Below, piece by piece: positions 53,290 to 64,000 of a stretch of DNA of 64,000 nt. Made by a program: the position numbers and the translations under genes. The notes beneath the pieces are model-generated. The model did not search any database and had not been told where the DNA came from. It worked only from the letters and a program-made list of their open reading frames with translations. Source of the DNA: Octopus vulgaris (lineage: Eukaryota); assembly GCA_951406725.2 (NCBI GenBank), contig OX597815.1, positions 175,460,001-175,524,000 on the forward strand. The letters are read 5' to 3'. Numbering within the stretch: position 1 is the first letter of the stretch; each line of letters begins with the position of its first letter.

Positions 53290-53332
53290 ATGTCTGGAAA
53301 AGTCTTTTGGCTGCTGACTCTAAGTCTCTCGA
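53290..53332 (+). CDS. Cadherin-repeat protein, first coding exon, signal peptide (MSGKVFWLLTLSLS)
   Basis: Acceptor TTATTTTGCAG ends 53282, ATG at 53290, donor A|GTAAGT (phase 1); the hydrophobic leader continues in frame into the next exon. Confidence 0.8.
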
Positions 53333-53729
53333 GTAAGTTTCTTCTCGCTTAAGTTATGCTTTATATAATCTTAGAACTGATTGACTACATTTTTAGACTT
53401 TTTTTCATTCTTCAATGATAATGACTCATTACCTTATTAGATAATTTTATTTTCATCTGTATTACATTTTAATCAATGTCTTCTGCAAGTGTTTTTTACT
53501 AAATCAGCTTTTTACTAAATATGCCTAATTATACTTCATTAACAATTTATCCAGGAAAGAGTACAAATCTGAATTAATCTCAAACAACAACCTAATGCTT
53601 GCAGTTGGATTCATCAAATGTTTTTATACCAACAAAGAAAATAAAATCATCTCATCTCGAATTTTGTAGCAAATGGACAACTTCTCTTCCACAGATCAAA
53701 AGCTGATGAAGACTTATGTTCTTTTAAAG

Positions 53730-54004
53730 CAATGTTTCTCAACCATTTTTTTTTTCACCTAGTGACCCTTTTGGACCCTTTTCATTTCCTATTTTACTCT
53801 AGTGGACCCTCTAATGGACCTTTCCAGGCTTAAAGAATCCTATCACATTTTTTATAATTAAATATTATTAGGGATTGTATATAAAAAAAAAATAAAGTGT
53901 TTTTTATATTGTAGAAATATAACTGATTCATTGCAGATAAATTTTAACAACAAAATCTTTTCTGGCCCTGCAAGGGTTACCTGGAATTTGACTGAGAACC
54001 CCTG
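53730..54004. mobile_element. hAT (Charlie-like) MITE
   Basis: Ends CAATGTTTCTCAA / TGAGAACCCCTG; 8-bp TSD TTTTAAAG on both sides. Confidence 0.85.
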
Positions 54005-54625
54005 TTTTAAAGAAATGCTGACCTTTCGAAAACCTGATGAGAAATAGTGATATATGCTAATGATAGAATTAGAATAGTTTAGGCAACCAAAGCAGCCAGG
54101 TTGAATTTGACAAGTATGAAGTAATTCAGACCCAAGATGCAAGAAGGCCTACAACACGGGCCATTTAGAGAAAACATTGACTGGCATTTATGAATTGTAG
54201 ATATATTGGAAGAAGCAAAGGGGACAGGTAGATGATGTAAGACAGCAAATCTGAAATGTATGAGAAAGAAAGCACGACCCTCCCAAGCATTTTTTTTCTA
54301 CAGAAAGAAGAGAAGGCAGGTGTAGAGATGCTTAAAGTTAAGATTAGATTTATGGTTAGGGTGAGGGTTAAGGTGCAATCTAATACACATCCTCATCTAA
54401 TTGAATCTAATGAAATTTGGTTTTCTTTCTCTGCACCTGAGTGCCTGTCTGTCTATTTATGTGTGTATGTGTGTATGTATGTATGCGTGTGTGTATGTGT
54501 GTGTATGTATGCATGTATGTATGTATGAATGTGTGTATGTATGTATGTATTGAGCATTGTAAAAAAAAATATTATTGCATTGATATATATTTGCAAATTT
54601 GTTTGTTTTTGTTTTTCTGTTTCAG

Positions 54626-54727
54626 TCACTTTGTCCCTCGGCCAAAACACAAACAACCCACCAGTATGGAGAAACTACTTAAAGAAACTTCTGACAGAAG
54701 ATGGCTTGTTTGAAGATTTGAAATTAG
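54626..54727 (+). CDS. Cadherin-repeat protein exon (ITLSLGQNTNNPPVWRNYLKKLLTEDGLFEDLKL-G)
   Basis: Acceptor TTTCTGTTTCAG, donor G|GTATAT, phase 1-1; NxPP N-terminal motif and xED...G of EC1. Confidence 0.85.
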
Positions 54728-55371
54728 GTATATCAATTCAAATAATAAGAGATATCGGTTGCCATTTATTTTGTACATTTTGCAATAGAAAATTTAATTT
54801 TAGTATAATTTGTATTGGTTTGTTTTGAACAAATTGTCACAAAAACAAAGTGAATCAAGTGTTGTTTAACGAGTTTTATTTGTTGATATTCGTTCATTAG
54901 TTGTGTAATATTTATATTGTATTGTGTAGCGCTGAAATTGAAAATCCGTTTTCATATCTAGCTGCAATCTGCATTTAACTTCCACAAACCATTGAATCAC
55001 TGGGACTTATTTAGTTCCAAATTGGTTACTTTGTTTTATATCTGAGTTAGTTTTGCCGTTCTTCCTCACAAAATCTATCCGGACTAAATACAATTTGATT
55101 TAAGCAACTAAAACTTCTGAGGTGGTGTTTTGGCATTAACATGGCCGTAATCCAATTCCCACTGGTTCCTTATCAGGAAATGGAGTGTAATTAACCAATT
55201 TTAATTGACTAAAACCAGTGAAAGAAAAGAATAAAGAAATACACATACATGCACCTAAGTGTATGCACATGCATGCATTGATTGGTTAAGGAGAGAAGTT
55301 CTCTTTGCAATTTGATCGCACTGCACAGCATATATACATACATATACATACATGCATATACATACATGCAT

Positions 55372-55426
<55 letters not shown>

Positions 55427-56235
55427 TATCATCATCATTTAACGTCTACTTTCCATGCTGGCATGGGTTGGACAGTTTGACTGGGGACTGGTGAGCCAGA
55501 TGGCTGCACCAGACTCCAATCTGATCTGGCAGAGTTTTTACAACTGGATGCCCTTCCTAACGCCAACTACTCTGAGAGTGCAGTGGGTGCTTTTACGTGC
55601 CACTGGCACGAGGACCAGTCAGGTGGTACTGGCAATGGCCACACTCAAATGGTGTTTTTTAGGTGTCACCTGCAGAGGAACCAGTCCGGTGGCACTGGCA
55701 ACACCCTTGCTTGAATGTTGTTTTTCACGTACCACCGGCACAAGTGCCAGTATATATATATATGATTTATCTACAAGCATTCTTTTGTGAACTCCAAAAC
55801 AACAAAATAACTTTCTGCACAAAGAAAGATGTGACCTGAATTTCACACATTTCTTTACTTCTTTACTTTTACGCTTGGCTGCACCCTAAACAATATCTAA
55901 ACTTTATCTATCAAACCAAAATAAATCTCACCATAACAATGCCAACATTGATTAAAATTAACCCACACTTTTCAAGCTCATACTTTCTTTCTTTTCTCCC
56001 CTATCCCTGATTCCCACACAACCACTTCCTCAGTCTGCTTACACCACACTCAATTACCATTTACATAGCTTCACCTACCCAAAAATATAATTTATCGAAA
56101 ACTATATAAAACTAAATCGGACCCAAGCAAATTGAAGAGGAGCAAATCAAAACTTCGAAGTCACTATTACCTTTTTCCTTGTAAAAATTGATACACACAC
56201 ACACACATATATATATATGTTTCTAACCACTATAG

Positions 56236-56363
56236 GTACCATATTAGGACAATTAGATGCCTATGATCCTGAAGGTGAAAATATTACTTATACCTGTATT
56301 GGAGAGTCTGTTGCCTGTTATGAAAATGGAACTGTTTATTTGAAACGACGTCTGGACAGAGAG
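56236..56363 (+). CDS. Cadherin-repeat protein exon (GTILGQLDAYDPEGENITYTCIGESVACYENGTVYLKRRLDRE)
   Basis: AxDPEG and LDRE cadherin motifs; TATAG acceptor, GAG|GTTAGT donor, phase 1-0. Confidence 0.92.
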
Positions 56364-56694
56364 GTTAGTGAACTCAAGAAGTGATTTCTTACTGTTTGAT
56401 AATCTTGTTTGAGGACATTTTGGATTAAATCATTTTGTAGATGAACTGTGACTGACATTGTAAGACAGTCACAACAATATTTGCAAGGCATATTACTAAC
56501 TATAATGACCTTCCCCTATGACACTGATTTTTTCCGGTTGAACCAAAATGGAGGTTACAGGAAAAGTTCTCTCTGAGTAAAAACATTTGGTTGAATATCT
56601 CGACTTTCTGAACCACTTTTATAATGACTTCAATCATGTGATGTTATACATCGCTGGTCACAATGCACAGCTTTCAAATGATGCCACCCTGATG

Positions 56695-57694
56695 CTTCAT
56701 ATGGCCTAGAAGTCAATTGGGAATGAGTTTCGACGAAAATCCCATACTGGCCGACTTTGTTTCTTGGCGATAAAATTACAGAGAAATTTCCCGTGGTATT
56801 ATAAAAAAGTTAAAATAAAAAGTTATTGCCAGGAACTTGGGCTCCTAGCCAAACAAATGCGTTGCCCATCTTGTAAACTATAACTGAGCAAAATTTATTT
56901 TATCGTGAATATTGCTTAGCAGAAAGTTACAGGAAAATGTTCATTTATTTTTTTGTTTTGTTATGTCAACTGATTTCCTTTTCAGGTATGGTGCATGCAC
57001 ACTCACATTGTTTTATTTTCTGTCACAGTGTGAAATTTCGAAATGGAATACAAGGATCCCAGAATACAATGTTGAAAACATAATTTTGAGGTTTATTCCC
57101 TGTAAATTCCAATATGTAACATGAACTTTCTTTGAAATTTTCAACGAATTCATGTTGTATGTGTATCACATATGTGGGTGGGTGTCAAGAGAGTCTGTTG
57201 GAGATTTGGCTGTCATTTCAGTACTCATATTTTTTGTAAATGCCCTTTCAAGTTTCATTTTGTAGGGGAAAAAATAAAAAACACTTTGGAAATTTCCAAC
57301 ATATTCAGTTGAAAAAAAACAAAACTGAACACTTAATTTTAACTTTTTGCCAGACAAATTGCTATGGCCAAACCAAGTTCCTTTCCAAAATGGTATTTGG
57401 GTTTTCGCTGACTTCTTACAACTTTTCTTGTTGCACTGAAACCTGTGCTCTGAGTGAGATCTTCTGACCCGCTTCACTTTGTAAATTTTGCTCAGTATAG
57501 TTTTACAAGATGGGCAACACATTTGTTTGGCTAGGAGCCCAAGTTCCTGGCAATAACTTTTCATTTCAACTTTTTTATAATACCTGTTTTTACTGCGGGA
57601 AATTTCTCTGAAATTTTATCGCCAAGAAACAAAACTGGCCAGTATGGGATATTTGTCGAAACTTATCCCCCATCGACTTCTAGACCATATGAAG
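56695..57694 (-). mobile_element. Merlin/IS1595-like transposase N-terminal remnant within ~200-bp inverted arms
   Basis: Arms 56695-56897 and 57482-57694; ORF 57166-57564 has CPSC..FQCNKKSC..KGTWF..S.L zinc-ribbon pattern. Confidence 0.65.
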
Positions 57695-58365
57695 TGTATA
57701 TGTAAAAAAATTTTATGAAAAAATAAGTGCGAAAAAGAGTTTGTGTGAGAATTGGCTGTTATTTCTAGCATGTGGATAGATTGCTTGAAGGCTTATTTAA
57801 TGTACGGGAGCGGGTGGATTACGTCCCCGCCATGTGTGCCGATCCCAGAATCGGAATTTTGAAATGCCGATTTTTGCCATTTTTTTCTTTTCAGATTCGT
57901 TATCTTCGTACCCGAAAACGGGGATTTCTGTAAAAAATAGATAAATATAAATATAAATAAAGGGTTTTTTTGGGGGGGTGGTGGTGACAAAAGGAAGTCT
58001 TGCCATTTTACACAATTCCTAATAATATTTAATTATATAAAAAAGACAAAAGTATGTTTTTAAGCATCCAATGGCAATGAGGGTCTACCCGAGTAAAATA
58101 AGAATGAAAAGGGTCTATAGGTAAAAATAATGGTTGAGAACCACTGATCTGGATGTGGACTTGTGATAGCCTTAGCAGTCTATCTAAATGAAAGCTTGTG
58201 CCTCGTAATCCTGTAAAACTATCAATAACCTAATAGCCATCGCGAACCTCTTGAAGCTGCTGTAACTATAAGCAGGATATAAGTTATATCTTTGTCAGCT
58301 ATAAAGCTAAAATTATAATTACCATATCAATTTATAATTGGCAAACTTATCATTTCTGTTGACAG

Positions 58366-58458
58366 CTTGATATAAAGAACCCCGGTCAAAATGAAAACCT
58401 CTTGACAGTAATATTTATTGCTACCGAAAAAAACAACGGTGACCAGGAACCCAATCAG
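58366..58458 (+). CDS. Cadherin-repeat protein exon (LDIKNPGQNENLLTVIFIATEKNNGDQEPNQ)
   Basis: Acceptor TTTCTGTTGACAG, donor CAG|GTTAGT, 93 bp, phase 0-0; supplies the LxVxxxAx(D/E) strand missing between LDRE and DVNDN. Confidence 0.82.
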
Positions 58459-59186
58459 GTTAGTATGAAGTATTCTTGTATGACACGTTTTTGAAGCAGC
58501 CAGCTTGGATCTTTTCGTTTTGAGATCCGCCAGCTTTCATTGCACTTCCGTTCTATCATGAAGAATTATGTTATTCTTAAAAGCATTCTTATAAGTGAAC
58601 GACCGACGCTTTTAAACATTTACTCTAACGTGTTCATGGCCAATGTTCGTTACTTTGATTCGAGTGACTATAAATGCTGACTTTGTGTACCCCGATGCAC
58701 ACAGCCTCTCTGTTGTTGGAGTACTATAGAATTCATCGGTTTTTAATTGACTTGTGATAAAGTTAAGTCCAAAGGACAATTTCTTTACTTTCAGACGTTA
58801 ACTTATCTAGAAAGACAGAAAAAAATAATTGAAAGCTTCGAAGTGTTAGAATTCCAACAAAGTGAATCGAAGTAGAATGCTTGGAAACAGGCTGACAGCT
58901 GGAAGTTAGTAAGTCCTAATGGGAATATTGCTATAGTAAGTAGGGAAAGTTTAATAATTAACGATAGTGTCTTTATAGTTAAGAGCGGAAATCTAATTCT
59001 ATAATGTCGTTTAGAGAGAGGTATTGACCCATACGAAATTCTTAAGGGCAAAGCAATGACCCGATAATTCACCGGGCCACAATTGCCAAGCAATATGCTG
59101 TCGTAAACATATCTTTGTTATAATCGAATGTTCACTTTCTGTTAATTTTCACATGAAATAATGCTTTCCCATTCTATTGTTTGTAG

Positions 59187-59276
59187 AATAAAAAAACATT
59201 AGTCATTTACGTTAAAGATGTTAACGATAATCCTCCGAAATTCGAAGGTCTTCCTTACAAAACGGCAGTTTCTGAA
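59187..59276 (+). CDS. Cadherin-repeat protein exon (NKKTLVIYVKDVNDNPPKFEGLPYKTAVSE)
   Basis: Canonical DVNDNPPxF calcium-binding linker; TTTGTAG acceptor, GAA|GTAAGT donor, phase 0-0. Confidence 0.93.
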
Positions 59277-60140
59277 GTAAGTATCTCTACAGCCTTTCAT
59301 CGTCATTATACACACATACACACATTGAATGATTATGAAGTCAGTGTTTCTTAAAATAGATTTAATTTACAAAATTTAATGGAATCTACGGATAGAATTT
59401 AATATTTTACGAACGCATTTTTTCAAACTGATGATCGTTCTTGTCCAGGCCTTGCTGATAACAAAAAGCAACGGAATCGCAAACACCAAGAAACATTTCG
59501 TTTGGTATTTGTGCACATTCCCGTTCAATGCATACCCTCAATTCATTAAATGTTGCCAGTTTTTTTTTTTTACAGTAAACCATATCTTTTAAGTATTCCT
59601 ATAAAAAAGTTTAATGAACTGAGGTCTGGTAAACACAGAGGGTGTTTTACTGGGCCTCTTCGTTCAATCCACCTGTTAACAAAATCTCATTGTGGGTCCC
59701 TTATTTTCATGTTGGAAATAGACTTCAAATCTTCAAAGTCCTTTTGAAAGCATAGCAGGACAGATGTTGCAGTCGGTTCAAGTAAATGAGACCAGTCACT
59801 GTCAAAAAAGAATGATCTAATCAATCGTTTTGATGATCAAATCAGTCCATACTGTAACTCCCGATAGATTAACACGTAGTTTGCACATTCTAAAGTTGCC
59901 AGTAGGTGCAATTGAGGTGGTAACCGGGCCACTTAATTTTAATGTAGACTCATCACTCCAAACAATTTTTGTTGGAAAGTGTGGATCTTCCACACATCTT
60001 GCCAAAGACCACTCTTCGGCCCAGAACCATCTTCGTTAAGAGCATGGACTATCATTGGAAGGTAACTTTTCTTATGACACCGCTTCAAAATAATATTTTT
60101 AAATGTCTATCTCACGATTTACATGCTGCATAGATTTTCT

Positions 60141-60374
60141 GGCGATCTTACGGTACAAGTACCATAATTGCTACGTGTGTTTGTTTACATTTGAACAAGA
60201 AGATCGTCACTCTCCGTAAAGTTTTTTTTTTTTATATGGAGGGTTAGGGTTACGGTTATGGTTTGTGTTAGGGTTAGGGGTGGAGGAAAAGGGTTTTCTT
60301 TTTTCTTCAGAAATGTAAACAAACCCACGTGGGTTTATAATTGGCTGTTATGGTACTTGTACTGTAAGATCGCC
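60141..60374. mobile_element. MITE with 27-bp TIRs and 8-bp TSD (Merlin-like)
   Basis: TIR GGCGATCTTACGGTACAAGTACCATAA (one mismatch); TSD GATTTTCT at 60133-60140 and 60375-60382; internal TTAGGG units. Confidence 0.9.
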
Positions 60375-60436
60375 GATTTTCTTGAATTCTGGAAATGCCT
60401 TTCTAGTATATTTTCGTGCTTTTTAGGGCTTATCAA

Positions 60437-61223
60437 GGATCTTTTCCTTTTGAACGGCACATGTCAACACAATTTCTAGTTAACTAAACACTTTTAAACT
60501 TCGTATACTGGTAGAATGTGTTTATAAAACATAATTTTTTCTTGGCTTTATTGAGAAAATTCTATAGTTTGTAAGATATGTCGTTTGAAATTTCGAGCAT
60601 TTCGGCAATTTTAACCAATCGCTGACCTCCATTTGGGGTGAAAACATTCCGTGCTGTATGAATATGTCCCTCGTTTAAGAAACAGATTGGGTTTATTTAC
60701 ATTTGCGAAGAAAAAACGATACCCTTCCCCCACCCCTAACCCTAACCCTAAAATAGGTTGAAATGCAATACTAGGGTTATAATTATGGGTGACATTTTCA
60801 TTTGACACCGCTAGAAAAAATCACATTTTCCGTAGCGGTTTCGTATGAAATTGTCACCCATAATTATAACCCTAGTATCGATCTATTGCATTTCAATCTA
60901 TTTTAGATTTAGGGTTAGGGTTAGGGGTGGGGGAAAGGTATCTTTTTTTCTTCGCAAATGTAAATAAACCCAATCTGTTTCTTAAACAAGGGACATATTC
61001 ATACAGCATGGAATGTTTTCACCCCAAATGGAGGTCAGCGATTGGTTAAAATTGCCGAAATGCTCGAAATTTCAAACGAAATATCTTACAAACTATAGAA
61101 TTTTCTCAATAAAGCCAAGAAAAAATTATGTTTTATAAACACATTCTACCAGTATACGAAGTTTAAAAGTGTTTAGTTAACTAGAAATTGTTTTGAAATG
61201 TGCCGTTCAAAAGGAAAAGATCC
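60437..61223. mobile_element. Long palindromic (foldback) MITE with 8-bp TSD (Merlin-like)
   Basis: Near-perfect inverted arms of ~370 bp, GGATC..GATCC ends, TSD CTTATCAA at 60429-60436 and 61224-61231. Confidence 0.92.
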
Positions 61224-64000
61224 CTTATCAATGTTTGTGGACTTTTGGGAAATTTTTTCTGGATATCTGAATTCAAACATTTATCTGATTTGAATGATGT
61301 TAAGTTACGTAGATAGATCTGTCTGACCCCCCCCCCCACCGAAATGTCTTTGCCTTTGGAATGCGTTTCCCAGCTTCCATTAGCTCCCTAGGACAAATTT
61401 CCCTTGTTCAAAACTTTGTCTGTCTCCTAATTATTTCTGTTGGCTTAAGTCTAAAAAGAAATTAAAAGCTGTTAAAATGTATATACATTTTTTGACACCC
61501 TGTACATGCATGCATGCGTGAATACACACATTTAATATGATAATACCTAATATTAAGAGTATTAGTGGGTACAGTTATAGTGTAGATATATTTGTCATTA
61601 TTTATTAATATGCATATACCATTAGTGAAGGCACATGGCTCAGTGGTTAGAGCATTGGACTTACAACTGTACGGTTGTGAGTTCGATTCCCATGTTGTGT
61701 TCTTGAGCAAGACACTTTATGTCACGTTGCTCCAGTTCACTCGGTACCAAGCTGTGTCAGCCTTTCCCTTTTCCTTGGACAACATCAGGGGTGTGAAGAG
61801 GTGAGATTGGCATGCATGGGCGACTGCTGGTCTTCCACAAACAACTTCATGCCTCGGAGGAGAACTTTCTAGGTGCAATCATGGTCCCTCGTGATCAAAG
61901 GGGCTCTTAATATACATTAACGACGTGCAATTATAGAATGAATATTGCGTATATTTCTATAGCAATATTATTTGTGCGTGAATAGATGTCTCTATATGTA
62001 AAACTATGTAGGACTGTACTAACAAGGCTTATCAGTTCCTCCTATTGAATAAAATTTATCTATCTCTATATATATATTCATAAATTTCTAATTCTAAATG
62101 GAGTGATATAAAATTACTTATATGTGAGTGTATTTGTAGGTTCTAACTACGTGCGTTTCCACAAATCACATGTCTCATGATCATAGTTTGTATTCCTGGG
62201 ATGATTAGAATGTAATCCATAGTATCCGTGGATATCAATGCAACCCCCAAAACTGTTCACCCAGGCAGCATCATTAGAGTGTGGCTGGCATAATGGAATA
62301 GGAGCTTTACTTGCATATTCAAAACGTTTCCCGTAAACAAATTTAAACGATGTATGTATGTATGTGTGTCTGCTTTTGTGTGCGCACGCGTATACGAGTG
62401 AACATGGTATCACTTAAACTCTTCATTCTGACTTCTTTCCTAAAGCATATATATCTTTCGATGTTTTGAATTGTGTAGACGTTCTGATGCCATTTTTTTA
62501 AGCCAACAACTTCTCTTTAACAGTTGGTGAAGGTTGGAACAACCATTTTCAATCAACTGTTTGTTGAGGATATTGATTCCGGAGTGAATGCTGAAATTGA
62601 CCTCGTTTGTGGTCGAACGGGTACCCAGGCAAGTGCAATGTTTTTGTGTTGACTTTGAAAATAAGATACTACTGTGATGAGTCTTTTTTAATGCTTCAAG
62701 TACCTGTAAGTTAGCAGACAATTTAAAATAAAATTTTTGGAAATCCTGTCGAGTTTCATCCAACCAATCATCCAATCGAGTTTCATCAATACAGGGAAGG
62801 GTTAACAAAGACCAACTTAATAATGAGAAATTTTTATGAAATTTTTCAGTATTTAAATAATGAAATAAAACAAAGTCAGAAGGCTTATTAAAAGTTAATT
62901 ACTAGCAACAGAAGCTGTATTAATTACCAGAAAGTAATCTTTATATCCATGTCTTGTTAGAACACCAGTGCCCATGGCAGAAGATTCTCTATGATCTATG
63001 TTTGCTTTTATGTGCCAAATGTGTATATGAGAGGATATCTAAAGGCTAATAAACACAGGGTATTCAGTACTCTAACAAGACATCCATGTTTAGTTGGATA
63101 TAAAGATTACTCAAGGACAATGTATTTTTGCAAAATCTTCGTTAATCTGGTATAGCCTGTTTCAGCCCACCTAACGTAGATTTTTGTAAATCTGAACATT
63201 ATGATATGGATGATGTCTGTTGTGTCGAAGTGACATTGATTCTGTTCTGTATCTTTGATGCTGTTTTGGTATTATTGACCAAGACAGCCTCTCATAAACT
63301 GTTGTTCTGTCTGAACCATTTCAACAATTCCTATCACCAAGATGTAAACATGTACAAACAAAGATGCTATTCATTGTTGGTTTCGAGGTGGAGATGGAAT
63401 GAAGTTCACGAATTTTTCAAATGCGTCAGTGTTTCAAATGGATTTAAAAACTGGCTTCAAACATGTCAAGAAAACACGTTGTAGACTGAATTCACCGTCA
63501 GGTAAGGTGAGGTGTGGATGGCATGCACCGTTGCAATGCGTTGTTGCATTCGTCATTTGTCGATATATTCCTGGGTCTTCTCAATCCTACTTTCATCAAT
63601 GGACAGAGTTTTCTTGTAAAAAGAAAAAAAAAATGTTGCAAAACATTTTGTTCCACAGAATTCATGTAATTAGAAAGAGTGAGCTAAGGAAAATAACTCA
63701 AGTGAGTTATTGGTGGCTGACTCAAACATGAAAGACAATACATTCGATTGATTTTATTACCATTTCGTTCTCAACCAGTGATATTCAAAAGTTTCATCTG
63801 AAACACCAACCTTTGCTAATAAGCGTTCGCTTCCCAAACCCTAAGATGGATTCTCATTCTAATGCTAAAATGAAGAGAATATTACGTTTATGTATTTCCA
63901 GTCGAAGGATGAGTAAATATGGGTGCGGGATAAATCGAAACGGGAATGCAACTCGACTTATAAGGAGATTAACGAACTAGCCACATATAATAACGCAAAT

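Larger units (their letters stand above)
59700..61503 (-). mobile_element. Decayed Tc1/mariner element hosting two nested MITEs
   Basis: IVWSDESTLKL..GVTVW remnant at 59817-60005; TIR-like end TTTTTGACACCCTG|TA at ~61488-61504; left boundary uncertain. Confidence 0.6.

Noticed and set aside
53702-53722. CTGATGA hammerhead core (also at ~48696)
   Set aside because: No stem II followed by GAAA, and no closing stems.
60733-60927. Telomere or chromosome-fusion site
   Set aside because: Only about three units per arm, located inside a TSD-flanked MITE.

Overview
AT-rich, repeat-dense eukaryotic genomic DNA. The SINE/LINE families and microsatellite load look like an octopus (coleoid cephalopod) genome; this is inferred from repeat content. 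Two intron-containing host genes face away from each other and were reconstructed by hand from splice signals. The first is mitochondrial pyruvate carrier 2 (MPC2, minus strand, coding exons 14567-14483, 8505-8465, 2681-2597; the rest lies left of the window). The second is a signal-peptide-bearing cadherin-repeat gene (plus strand, five coding exons 53290-59276, continuing right). Almost everything else is transposon-derived: a recent 3.1 kb LTR retroelement lacking protease/RT but keeping a -1 frameshift signal, RTE, CR1-group and R4/Dong-like LINEs, several tRNA-derived SINE families, Tc1/mariner, hAT, Merlin-like and Helitron derivatives, and Penelope-like remnants with hammerhead cores. 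The most unusual signals are RNA-structural: (1) a variable-copy array of compact pseudoknot-like units in the RTE 3' UTR; (2) (TA)n-flanked palindromes, some carrying minimal hammerhead motifs; (3) the slippery site plus pseudoknot and missing tRNA primer site of the LTR element; (4) telomere-repeat-containing MITEs. Most ORFs in the supplied track are spurious. No prokaryotic features or true CRISPR array are present.
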